64,000 nucleotides of DNA from Rhina ancylostomus (Eukaryota), in the NCBI GenBank assembly GCA_030265395.1, contig JARFYF010000104.1, positions 70,276,261 to 70,340,260 on the forward strand. Direction: 5' to 3'. The notes below the pieces were generated by a model. It ran no database searches and was not told the origin of the DNA. It was given only the letters and a program-made list of their open reading frames with translations. This document shows positions 24,646-37,572 of this stretch, piece by piece (position 1 is the first letter of the stretch; each line of letters begins with the position of its first letter). The translations under genes were made by a program, and so were the position numbers.

Positions 24646-26694
24646 CATATCAATAGCAGAGGTAATGAGTGTTCAGGGTGATGAATGGGTCACTAAATGC
24701 ATAGGCTGATTTGCCCTGAATGGTGTTGAACTTGAATGTTGTTAGAGCTTCACTCACCCAGGCAAATTTCAAGTATTCCACCACATTCCTTTATTTATTG
24801 ATATTTTTATTTGTACATGTCACTGACTAGCTAAGCATTTATTACCACATCCCTATTAGCCCATGAACAGATTGGGTCGCAAGGCCATTTCATTTAAGAG
24901 TCCACCACAATGCTAAGGGCCCAATGTCACACATAAGCACAAGCAGGCAAGGATAACAGACAAGCATAGCAGATTTCTCTAAATATGCATGTGAACTGAA
25001 TGGGTTTTTAATGACAATTCAGTAATTTCATGGTCAACATCACTGATGGAAGCTTTTTATTCCAGATTTATTTAAAAGCACTTAAGCATACTATCTCACC
25101 ATACCCAACTGAGCAGATGGTTTAATTTTTTTTAAACTTTGTTGTGATGGTAATGTTTATAAGACAACAGCATTTTCAAAAATTATACTTTATACATCAC
25201 TTTAAAATAAATAAATGGATATCAGAAAGTTCCTCTTCACAAAAAGTAATCAACTCATGTAAATCCCTGGTCATTTAACAGTTAAATATTGCAAAGGGAA
25301 AATTTTGGTGGATATCTATTGGCTTTGGACTGCCCATTCGGATAAAAGTCAAAATTTTGATTCCTTTCTTAAAATAGAATATATGGGCTTATCAAGGGTC
25401 TGAATCAGTAAATGCATGATGTGATTCTACACCAAAGAATGCCAGGTTTGATTATGGGTTTTGGCTTAGCTAACTGATCTCAGCTACAATCAGAGTGACG
25501 CTAACATCTATTATCTGTGATCTCTCCTCCTTGCATTTATTTGGCAGCTCTTGCTAAAGTGCAAATTGGATAATGTAGCAGGACAGAACTGTGCTTTGGT
25601 GTTTTGTGATCTGAAGGTCAAAACTTGCTGACTGCTGTCAAGGGGTTCCACACAAATTAGCCACTCCTGTAAGAATCATACCTCAGCACAAGCAGCAAAT
25701 TATGAAAGGAAAAGGCAGCTACCAAGAACATTTCATCATAGTCACTCCATGATATTTCACTGAAAACCTTTTGAAATATTAAATTTGCCTTTAAAAACCA
25801 TGAGCAATAATTTATGAATGGTACAATTGTGAACTCTGAATCTGGAAGTGCAAAGTACACCGCTTTATATTCCTGTGCATAGTCCATAAATGTCGTATCC
25901 TTGCTAACATTTATGTTTCTTTATTGTCCATGTGTTAAATCATCAATGCAATAAATCTGTGTTGTTTAAACTGTACTGAAGAGAAATTAGATTTGACAGA
26001 TCGTTTTTAGGGGTCATAAGTGCTGCAAATTTGCTGGCTATGCTTTAATAGAATTGCTTGATATAGTTAACAAATGTATAAATCATTGACTGCAAGCAGG
26101 CTAAACTGCAAGTATCTTTGTATTCTATCTAATATATTTGTATTCTACCTTCAATCAATCACATATTTGTCATTTATGATGTCTCATTTTTATACTGTTT
26201 TTCTCACCGCTGATGAAAGTTTCTAGTTTAGAGAACTCCGCCAGAACTACAGAATCTGACTACTGAAAAGTGTACGAGAAGCTCCCAAGATTTCTTGCGT
26301 CTGCCCTTGCAGGGAACGGACAGGTCTTTGGTCTTATCCCAATCTTGTTATAAGACATTCCCACAAAAGGAGATTAACCTGGGGGACAATTACACCAAAT
26401 TACTTATGGTTTTGGCCAAACCTGATGCTTTGATTGATATTACAGATTATCTGACTTTTACATTGGGCATTCACTGTGCAAAAAATTTGGTTGTTGTGTT
26501 TCCTGCAGTAACTAAACTTCCAAACTCTTAACAAGCTTGGCAGGGGCATGAAAACCACAAGGGGAATTCAGGAAGGAAAGAAAGAAAGCAGGAAGTGGAG
26601 GGTAGAAAATAATAAGCAAAATAGAGAACAGAAACAAAAGGCAGGTAGAAAAGAGGGTCAAAGTACAGAAAAAATATTAAATTGACCATTGTTA

Positions 26695-29460
26695 ACTATG
26701 CTACATCTTAATGTGCACAGAATTTACAGCAAGGTGGATAAAATAATTGAACAAATAGTAATGAATGGGTGTGATCTAATTGCCATCAGAGAAATGATCG
26801 AACAAAGGTGACCAAAGTTGCAAGTTGCATGTTCAAGGATATTTGATGTTTAGGATATCCAAGCAGAATGGAAAATGAGGTATATGGTGTAATTAATAAG
26901 AGGGGACCAGTGCAGTGGTAAGAAATGATCTTGGCTCAGCAGAGCATGATGTGGAATTACAATCAATTTGGAAAGAGCTAAGAAATAGCAATGCACAGAA
27001 AACATTATTACTGTTATTTGTAGGCCACCAAATAGTAGTTGAAATACTGGGCATAAATCAGGAAATCTTATTGCATGTAATTGGAATAGTACAGGAATCA
27101 TGGGGGACTTGTCTGGACGGGTCAAATTCACAGTCATGAGATGGAAGACAAATTTAGGAAATGCATGTAATGGTTTTTTCATTCGCTATGTTGAACTATC
27201 TTGAGAAAAGGCAATTTCAGATCTAATTTTGTGCAACAAAAAGTGTATAACTGATGATCTTATTGTGCGGGATCCTTAAAGAGTGACCATAGCATGATGG
27301 AGTTCTTCATGAAGCTGGAAAATGAAGTGGTTTAATCTAAGACTAGCACCCTACATCTAAATAAAGGAAACTATAAAAAGGTACGAGGAGCGAGTTGACT
27401 AGTATAGATTGGGGAAATTCATTAAAAAGGCACAATGGTGAATAGGCAATGGCTAACATTTAAGGAACAAATGCAAAAACTGTAATAATTATGCATTCCT
27501 CTCTGCCACAGAGGAAAAGCAATCCTACAACGGCTAACAAGTGAAGTTAAGGATCACATTCGATCCAAAGAGAAGTCATATAAAGTTGCCAGAAAAAGTA
27601 GTAATCCGAGGATTGACTGTTCAGAATTCAGTGAGAAAGGATCAAGAGATTGGCCACCAGATAAAAAACAAAGCATGACAGAGCATATAAGGGACAAAAA
27701 GCAGATAGTAAAAGCCTCAACAAATATGTAAATTGAAAAAAGATTAGTAAAAGACAATGGTACTTCTTTACAGTCAGGAATGTAAGAATTTGTAATGGGC
27801 AAGATGGAAATAGCACAGCAATTAAACAAATATTTTGGTTTTGTCTTCAGGGATGCGAACACATATAATTTCTCAAAAAACCAGAGGTCTAATGAAGAGA
27901 GGAATTAAAGGAAATTAGTAGTAGTCAGTGCTAGAGAAATTAATGAGACTGGAAAGTGATTAAGTCCTCAGAACATGATAATATGCATCCTAAAGTACCA
28001 AAAGTAGCAGCTGTGAAAACAGTTGCGAAATGCTTCCAAAATTTTTCAAGAAACTTCTTTCAAAATCTGATTGATTATAGAATGGTCCCTGCAGACAGGA
28101 GGGTGGCAAACATAAACCCCACTATCTAAAAAGGGTGGGAAAAGAGAAAGCAGGGAACTGAGTAGTGGTTACTGAATATCAATAGTAGAGAAAATGTAGA
28201 AGTATATTAGAAAGATGTGAAATTTAGAATATATCAATGGGATTAGATAAAGTTAACATGGATTTATGAAAAGGTACTCAAGTTTGATAAACTTAAGAGT
28301 TTTTGAGGATGTAACCAGTAGAATTGATAAGGATGAGGTAGTGGATGCAAGGTGTTTAAATTTTCAGGGAGGTCTTTAATGAAGTCCTACTTAAAAGATC
28401 AGTGTGCAAAGTTAAAATACAAGGGATTGTGGTAATACACTGGATTGAAAGTTGGTACACAGGCAAGAATAAATGGGTCTTTTTCAGTGTGCAGGCAGTG
28501 ACTAATGGTATACCATGGGAATCAGTGTTTGGGGTCCATTTATTCATAATATTCATCTATGATTTGGATAAAGGACCCCAAATGTAATGTGTCTAAGTTC
28601 GCCCATGACACAAAGCTGGGTGGGCCTCTTAAGTCACGAGGAGGATGCAAAGAGACTTAAAGGTGACTTAGACAAGTGAGTGAGTACGTAAAAACATGGC
28701 AGACACAATATAAAGTGAATAAATGTGAAGTTATTTACTTTGGCAGGAATGTTTATGTACAAAGGGATTTGTCCATTCTTGGACACCAAGCACTGACAGC
28801 AAACATGCAAATGGAACAAGCAGTAAAGGTGGCAAATAGTATACCATCTTTCAGTGTAAGAAGATTTGATATAAGAGCTAGGATGTCTCTCCACAATGAT
28901 ACAGGAACTTTGTAAGGTTCTACAGAACTGTGTACAGCTTTCGGCTCTTTACTACCAAAAGAAAAACTTACCACTGAGGGAATGCTACATCAGATTGAAG
29001 CCTGGAATGGCAGTGCTGTTGTACGAGGAGAGACGAGGTTGAGTAGGTCTTTTATCACCAGAGTTTAGAAGGATGAAAGGAAATCTCATTGAAACCACAA
29101 AATTCTGACAGGGCTCGACAGGGTGAATGCAGGGAGGATGTTTTCCTTGGCTTTGAAAGTCTGGGAGTGACTAGAACTAGGGCTTCCATCTCATGATACA
29201 GTGCAAGGTATTTAGGACTGAGATGAGGAGAATTCCCATCACGTAGTGAGTGGTGAGACTATGGAATTCTCTGTGCAGACCAAATTGCTGAATATATTTA
29301 AGAAGGAGATAGATACATTTCTGGAACAAAGGGCCTCGAGGGGAAATGGGAAGAGAACCAGAATATATTTGGAGATGGAGGATCAGCCATGATTGTATTG
29401 AATGGTGAAGCAGGCTCCAAGGAACAAAAGGCATATTTCTGCTTCAATTTTTCCTATATT
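26695..29460 (+). mobile_element. Long decayed CR1-clade LINE ORF2 (endonuclease, RT, 3' UTR)
   Basis: Endonuclease-like start near 26700; RT remnants (VTNGIPWESVFGVHLFIIFIYDL; aagttcgcccatgacacaaagctg = KFAHDTKL; KTWQTQYKVNKCEVIYFG); CR1-type 3' end gatcagccatgat...gaatggtgaagcaggctc. Many stops and indels; limits approximate. Confidence 0.85.
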
Positions 29461-31116
29461 TGTAAAGCACATGACTCATTGTAAATGCTATTGATGTGAA
29501 AGGGATTATAACATTTTCTTGAGGGAAAAATCAGGTTTGCAAACAAGCTTCCCACTGTTCAATGATACAGTGCACAAGAGTTCCAATCATCTGCCCTTAT
29601 TCCAGTTGCAGCAACATCTATTATAGCGAATACCAAAACATACATCCCTTGAAGTGATTAAGTGGCTTCTGAAAGCAAAACATAAATTCATATTCTATAC
29701 TGGCCATTTGATTTGTTTCCTGTGAGTAGATTTCAATTTCCAGAGGGAGGAAGGGGATAATTAAAGGGTGTCTCCGAACAGGGATCAAGAATAGTATTAC
29801 CAGAGGTCAGGAAACAATTAGGGCAATCCACTTCCTTAGCTGACTAATGGCATGTCGTGTAGAGAAAAAGGGTAATGAAATTGCTGTTCATGAAAAACTG
29901 AGAATAGAACATTATTCATAATCTTCACATGACACAAATATTATTTGGTCTTCAAATGTTGACAACGATGTAAACTATATCCATTATTAGGCCTGTTACT
30001 AATCCATGCCAAATGGTCAAGATTCGTATTAAGTATTGGATTAACTGATCTCACTGAGCCAGTTGTAACAGAAATCTGGTCTCATTATTACCAGGTAATG
30101 AAAATGTAGGTTTTTTTAAAAAAAAATTGCACTTCAGATCAGTCTCTGTAAAACTTATTAGAAAGTATTGCATAGATACAAGTTGAAGATAGGTTGAAGG
30201 CCAGATGTGATCATCCACCTGCCACATGGCCAACACTCAGCCTCATTAGAGGGAAACAGTTTGGATGAGTCGCTTGAGGGCTGTGGCACAATGGAATATC
30301 CTTCCATTATGTTTGTATCCTCAGATCAAGAATAGGAAATGATTTTTTTTTGTACAAAGGCAAGTTTGTGAATTAAGTAAAAGGGAAACTTTTTTTTAAA
30401 AACGCATTGTGTGATTAGTGTCTGGAATGCACTGCCAGTAGTGGTAGTGGAAGCTGATTCAATTGTAGCATTCAAAAGGGCTCCAGACAAGGATATAAAA
30501 GGGAAGAATTTGCAGGACCATGGGAAGAGGACAATAGAGTGAGAGTAGTTAGATAGCCCTTATGTAGAGCTGGTATGGATTTAAAGGGCTGAAGGCCCCC
30601 TTTTCCTGCTGTTGCACTGTAATAGATTTGTAGAATCCTCTGTTGAAACATAAAGCTAAACTAATTCCAAAAATGTGTGCAAGAAAATACTTACTGAATT
30701 CAATCTTTCCCAGTCTATAGAGGTGAGGTAAATGCAGTGAATAAACAAGTTTTTAAGAAACACTTTCAAGTGTTTCCTGATTCAAAGGATAATAGTTTCA
30801 TTAACATCTCTGGTACCTGGCTGTACATGGTTATGTCCACCATTACAGATTAATTTTGAATATGGGAGCAATTTTCAATGTCTTAAGACAAACCATCAAA
30901 CTTAATTTCCTTGCAAGGAAAATGGGTGGAGTGAAAGACAATATTGCATTATATATTCCCAGGTGGAATTCTTTATTCCAGTTCCCTTCCACATTCATTG
31001 CATAATCATTAATCAGCTGATTATGTGCATATCCTAATACCACAGAGAATCAAAAAGAGTCAAGTTGAATTGAAATGTAATTTTTAACGTGGCAGATCTA
31101 CTTTACATGCTCTTAC

Positions 31117-31215
31117 CCTGTCTTGAAGATCTGGATTAACACCAATTTTGCAGAGGTATTGCACAACTTCAACATTACCATAACGAGCTGCTACATGGAG
31201 GGCAGTTTCACCAGA
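31117..31215 (-). CDS. DAPK1: DAPK1 exon 15 (99 nt), ankyrin repeat
   Basis: ctgtag|TCTGGT...GACAGG|gtaaga; SGETALHVAARYGNVEVVQYLCKIGVNPDLQDR. Confidence 0.95.
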
Positions 31216-32056
31216 CTACAGTAAAATATAAACAAAATAAAAGTTAAAAATCTGACTAAACCCAAACTAAAATACACCATAGTGTTTAAGCTCCATTTAT
31301 AAAGACTCATTTCATATTAACATTTGCTATGGGACTTTCTATGTACAAAACATTTAAAAATGCATCAATGCTTGGCTACCTCGCACAAGGTTTTTTGAAA
31401 AGTTAGAGATGGATAAGTAATAATTACAAACTAGCAGTCTTACAGAGATACATCTATAGGAAATCAAAATAAAGATGAGGAGTCAAAATTTGATGGAGAG
31501 AGTAGGTGGAGTAGAGTGGGAAGATGAAGGAAGTGAAGAGCAAAAGATTTGCGAGTTCAACAGAGCTAATAACAAGATTAGTCAACATGACTATAATTAG
31601 GCCACCCTCTTGTCAAGAACAGTTAAACAAACACAACCACATAATAAATGGAGGTCCCTGGAACCTCTGAGTATTAAGGAGAACTCAGTGTTGTAATACA
31701 GGCACTACAGGATTGGAAATACAGCAGATTGGAGGGGCAGCACTCCTGCTTATACATACTCTTCAGCTACAATGCCAACTTTCCAAATAGAAAAACCGTT
31801 AGGTTATGGGTGTAACTGACACAGCTTCTGAAGATGAGCTCCAATGTACCTTTTACTGTAACTAATCACAGGGATTTTGGTTTCTGTTCCTCCTTCATCC
31901 TCAAATACATTCCAGATTAGTTCCACCCAGTACCCATTACACATCCAATCACATCAGGTTATCTTATACTTTGATCCCAACAATCAATCTTATACACTAT
32001 AAAACTATAAAATCAACTGTATGGCATTTTCAGAATTCGACTAGTTAAACTAAAAC

Positions 32057-32195
32057 ATAATAAACCAATACCAAAATTAGAAAATGCTGGAAAGTCAGCA
32101 GGTCTGCGACTTAAAACGTTGACTGTTTCTCTTTACAGATGCTGCCTGACCTGCTGTTTTTCCAGCATTTTCTAATTTTGGTATTGGTTTATTAT
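32057..32195. repeat. Perfect 37-bp inverted repeat with a 65-nt spacer
   Basis: 32057-32093 ataataaaccaataccaaaattagaaaatgctggaaa is the exact reverse complement of 32159-32195. Confidence 0.92.
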
Positions 32196-33245
32196 TGTCA
32201 CTTGTACCAAAGTACAGTGAAAAACTTGTCTTCCATACCGTTCGTACAGATCAATTCATTACACAGTGCATTGAGGTAGTACAGGGTAAAAACAATNNNN
32301 NNNNNNNNNNNNNNNNNNNNNNNNNNNNNNNNNNNNNNNNNNNNNNNNNNNNNNNNNNNNNNNNNNNNNNNNNNNNNNNNNNNNNNNNNNNNNNNNNNNN
32401 NNNNNNNNNNNNNNNNNNNNNNNNNNNNNNNNNNNNNNNNNNNNNNNNNNNNNNNNNNNNNNNNNNNNNNNNNNNNNNNNNNNNNNNNNNNATATCTTCT
32501 TCCCAATGGGAGTGGGGGAGAAGAGAGAATGTCTGGGGTTGGTGGGGTCTTTGATTATGCTGGCTACTTTACTGAGGCAGCGAGAAGTGTAGACAGAGAC
32601 CAAGGAGGGGAGGCTGGTTTCTGTGATGTGCTGAGCTGTGTCCACAACTCTCTGCAGTTTCTTGCGGTCCTGGACAGAGCAATTGCCGTACCAAGCCATT
32701 ATGCATCCAGATAGGATGCTTTCTATGGACTGTCGATAAAAGTTGGTTAGTGTCAAAGGTGATATGTCAAATCTCTTTAGCCTCCTGAGGAAGTACAGGC
32801 ACAGGTGAATTTTCTTGGCTGTCGCATCTATGTAGTTGGACCAGTAAGTTCACTCCTAGGCACTTGAAACTCTCAACCCTCTTGACCTCGGCATCATTGA
32901 TGTATACAGGTTTACGTACACCGCCTCCTTTCCTGGAGTCAATGACCAGCTCTTTTGTTTTGCTGACACTGAGTGAAAGGTTGTTGTTATGACACCATGT
33001 CACTCAGCTTTCTATCTCCATCCTGTAGTCTGACTCATTGTTATTTGAGATACGGCCTACTACAATGGTATCATCTGCAAACTTGTAGATGGAGTTAGAG
33101 CAGAATCTGGCTACACCGTCGTGAGTATATAGGGAGTGGAGTAGAGGGCTGAGGATGTAGCCTTGTGGGGCATCAGTGTTGAGAATAATCATGCTGGGAG
33201 GTATTGCTGCCTATCCTCACTGATTGCGGTCTGTTGATCAGTAAG
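32180..33245 (-). mobile_element. 5'-truncated Rex1/Babar-type LINE (RT C-terminal half plus 3' UTR), spanning an N gap
   Basis: ORFs 33004-33192 (LNTDAPQGYILSPLL...IYKFADDTIVVGRI), 32767-33003 (WCHNNNLSLSVSKTKELVID) and 32259-32756 (FYRQSIESILSGCIMAWYGNCS...KLQRVV); 3' tail ACAATAATAAACCAATACC. Confidence 0.88.
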
Positions 33246-33894
33246 TCAGATTTCCAGCACCTGCAGTATTTTGTTGATTTTCATGAAATCATATTTCCTC
33301 TGCAGCTGTTAATACTGATTAAGTGACACCAGAGACAAATTTCTCATCAGAATATGTATGAAAAATTGAGCAGCACAGTCCAGCAAAGTCCTCAGCTTAA
33401 ACCCAGTCTAGGCAGAACTAACTGCTTATCTACAAGAACAGCAGTTAAACAACAAGTAGCCCAAGATCAACATTCATTTCATTCCCAGATGCTTCACAAC
33501 AGTTGAAGAAGATTGTTCAAAAGCAAGGAAGGATCTTAAGTAGAATATCAGACAGGGTTTCCTCTCTCAATTGCGATCCAGCAACTTCTCTAACAACAGC
33601 TTGATAGTAGAACTGAAACTTAAGGGATTAAAGAGCAGTGGCCACATGAACACGAGAGAGTTGTGGCGACTGGTTGCTTTGCAGACTAGAGGAAAATACG
33701 CAGTGGTGTTCCCCAGCAACCAGTATATATTAGAACAACACCTTTCTAAATTTGTGAATGTCATGAAAATCAAAAACATAATGAAGAACGAGGAGAGTGG
33801 TAACAGATTCCAAAAAGGCAGGCAGACAAGTAAAACGGGCAGACACACAGCAGATGACACGTAAAACAACAAAGTGTGAAATGATTACTCACGT

Positions 33895-34920
33895 AAGAAC
33901 AAAATCACAGAAACTTATGGCAGGGAAGGAGACCATTTAAGCACATGCTGTTTCCACCACTGGTAATAGAAAGCTACTCAGCAAAATCATACTTCCCAGC
34001 TCTTGATATGTCTATAAGGAACAAGTGCTTATCAAATAGGTTTTTTAAAAAAATGTAATGAGGCTTTCAGTTTCCACTATCCTTTCAGGCAGAGTTCCAG
34101 ATACATCTTTGATCCCAATAGTTTAATCTTTTGGGTGAATTTTTGTTCCTCTACCAGACTACATGCCTAGTTACTTATCTCACAGCTAAGGGAAATCAGA
34201 TTCTTCCTATTCAGCCTCTCATAATTTTATAAAGATCTTAAATTAAAATATTCTCCCAAGCGCCATCATGTCAAAGAAATCAGCTTCAGCCTGCCCAATC
34301 TTTCCTCACATCAAAACTTCTCCACCCAAGCAATTCTCCTATAATTTTCCTCTGCACCCCCTCTACTGTCGTCACGTTCTTCATGTAATGTGATAATGAG
34401 AACAGTGCACAGTGCTCTAGCTCTGGCCTGGAGTTTTAGAAATTCTAGAAGTTCTCTTAGCCAATAAAGCATTCTTATGCCTTCTTACATTCTTTATTAG
34501 TCTACTACCTTCATGGATCGTAAATGAGGAGAGGCAATTTTATTTGAATGCAGGATCGGAGAGGGATATATTCACGTATTTTTGAAGTTGGTATGCCAAA
34601 TTGATAAGACAATTAATAAGGAATTACTGTCATTTTAGGAAGCAACGTGACTTCACTTCTTTTGTATTCTAAGCTAGACTTCAATAGAAGACAGGTTGGG
34701 TCTCAGCTAAAGAATTTTTGTCAATACAGTAAGAAAAATGTCAAGGTCATTGAGGAAATTTACTGGAAATGGAACCCAGAATGAAACACTGGGATTGTTC
34801 TTCTTAAAGCAGAGAAGCAGCAGAAGAGATTATGAAAGACTTCCAAAATCTTGAAGTGCTTTAATGGAGTAAGTTGCTTCCTATGCCAGAAATGCCAGCA
34901 ATCAGAATGGTAATTGGCAT
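33895..34920. mobile_element. Two adjacent decayed CR1-clade fragments in opposite orientation (about 33895-34520 minus, 34520-34920 plus)
   Basis: Degenerate CR1 3' UTR and RT-like text read by eye; boundaries approximate. Confidence 0.5.
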
Positions 34921-37088
34921 TTAAATTGCTATAGATTGGAATGCACAGTCTATTAGAAGAGAATTAAGTATTTGCAGGAGAATATTTACAAAGCTGGTAA
35001 ATCATACTATTTGAATGCTTCAGAATTCACTGGCAGCATCTGTCAAGTCCACAGTTACCTGCAGTGTAACTTTTTCCAATGAAACTAGTTATTACCTGAT
35101 TGCGAGACCCTATGTAATGCAAATCTAAGTAACATCATTTGGTAGGACCAGGAGAGGCTGAAAAATAAATGCTGAAAAATAGCCTCTGGCAGCCAGGCAT
35201 GTGCCATCTAGGCTTAATCACCTCCCAAAAGTGAATGATTCTGAATATCCCTGACATACAAAACCATTCACAATCATTAAAAAAACTGAAACACTGCCAA
35301 CAATTAAATGCATTGCTGTTACTCAATTAATTCAAAAATTGTAGACTACCCAAAATATATCCCTCTCTTGAACTGCTGCTTTCTATTGAAATGCATAGAG
35401 TTATTCAACATGTGCAAGGTCTTACTTGGTACATACTTAGTGGAATGATTTCCCAGCATAACTGCTAGGGAACTATGGGAAGTTGGCACCTGGTGTTGGA
35501 CTCCATAAAAAGTCCAACAACTGAGTGCAATCAGGTAGCAACTCTCAGGAAATTCGGGACTTCCTACGCAGGAGTTCCTAGCTTCCTGACAATTACTTAG
35601 GGAATGTCATTAATTCTGCATCAAATTGCCATTGGTTTCTCGACAATATCTGGCCCAATATCATTTTCAAATAGCTGGCAGTTACAATGGGTCGAGCAGC
35701 CTCATTCTATGTTGTGGCATCCTGTACTCCAAAAAGGATTCAAAGTGATTTTACCCATCCTATACAATCAGTATTTGCCTCTTGAATTCTGGCTTGGATC
35801 AGGCAGCAAATGTCCCAGGCACATTCTGGAAAATGATGATGCCCTTGCATTCACATGATGCATTTGATGTAAACAAAAATCTTCACAGGACACAAGGAAA
35901 ATAATTTCTGAGAGTCGACATTATTGGGATAGGTATCTAAATGGTTAGTTGAACATGTGGGTTTAGTGAGGAGAGTGAAAGGAGACAGAAGTAGAAGTAG
36001 AAGGAGACAGACGTAGAGGGACTAGAAAGAAAATTCTAGACAATATAGGAGCTTGGAATCTGAATGCAGTGGTGGGGAGAATGGAGGAGAAATGTACAAT
36101 CACTCAGAGGAATAAATAGCATGACTAGAGGAGAGAAGGGTAGAAATTTACAGTTAAAGGTAGTCAGGTAAACATCTTTCTGATGGAGAGGGTACAAGAG
36201 AGCAAGTAGCTTGGAGTTGAACAGGATGAGGTCCAGGCCAAGTACATGGGTACCCAACCACCTGCAGGTTCCCCTCCAAGTTGTACAACATTCTGCCTTG
36301 GAAAAATGTCATCATTTCTTCATTGTCACTGAATCTAAACTCTGAAAAATTAAGCACAAAAAGGATGCTAAATCTGCAGAGTCTGGTTCATTCTGCAAAG
36401 TCTGAGGTGGCAGTCAGTGGCAAAGGAGCGAAGTGTGTGGGTGGAGTCAAACATCAATGGAACAAATCTTTATGAAGGTCAGTTGGAAGTAGTTAAGCTT
36501 CATCTTGATGACACAGACATAACGAAGTGTTTGAGAAACAAGGTGGGCAGGTAAGGCTGGGTTATATTTGGATTTGAATGATACCCCCTGTGTGTTTGCA
36601 TATCATCAAGAAGCAGTATGTACATAAAGATGAGTGCATTATGGGTGGGTTCCCAACGAACTTCAAGGCTGGTGGTATAGGGATGGGGAAAAGGAATCAT
36701 TATTAAACATACCCCACTTTATAGTAAAGTACAAAGAGTGACGATAGTCCAAACAATATGCACAACAGATTATAATGTTGGTAATATTAGCAATGTAACA
36801 ATATTACAATGATGCAAAAAAAATTTTTGTCAAATTTTTAAAATTTGTGATTATTATTGTAAATTCTGATTAATTCCCTGAAATTCCATTTTATATCTTT
36901 GTTAAATTTTATTAACTTTTTAGGAAGTATTATTGCATCTTTAAGGCAGACAGCAACAGTAATAACTCTTCCCATGAATTCACTCATAACAAATTTCACT
37001 TCACACAAATATGCTACATTCTTTAAAAAAAAGGGTAATTTAAGTACATTTATTTTTGTAAGGGTGACAGTGGTGTTCATTTTCTTAC

Positions 37089-37187
37089 CTTATCTTGAAC
37101 ATTCAGAGGACATTCTTGTTGATGCAAAAACCTTAATGTTTCAGTGTGACCGTGTCTTGCAGCCCAGTATAGTGCATTGGAACCAGA
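37089..37187 (-). CDS. DAPK1: DAPK1 exon 14 (99 nt), ankyrin repeat
   Basis: ttccag|TCTGGT...GATAAG|gtaaga; SGSNALYWAARHGHTETLRFLHQQECPLNVQDK. Confidence 0.95.
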
Positions 37188-37473
37188 CTGGAAAAAAATT
37201 TAGATTACTTTCCAAAAAGTCTGAAATGTTTGATACCCAAAAATGTTAATCTACTTTCAGTGAATTTTATTAGTCTCATTCACAAACTTTTGAATGTCCG
37301 GTCAATTAAACACCGTCATTAAAGTAAATTTACCTAAACAGCAAACGTGATCATTTTTTTTTCCTCCAGTGTAATACCAACTGCATTCAAAAACCTATGA
37401 TAATTAATGTGAAAAGAAACAATAGTCTTTCAGACAAAATCAAGAGAATATTTTAATAAGTTCCATTACAAAC

Positions 37474-37572
37474 CTTGTCTTGGACATCAATCTTTGCTCC
37501 CTTCTGAATGAGCAAGTTAAGAATTTGGATGTTTCCACAACCAGCTGCTACCAACAGCGGAGGCGTTCCATG
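37474..37572 (-). CDS. DAPK1: DAPK1 exon 13 (99 nt), ankyrin repeat
   Basis: ttgcag|CATGGA...GACAAG|gtttgt; HGTPPLLVAAGCGNIQILNLLIQKGAKIDVQDK. Confidence 0.95.
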
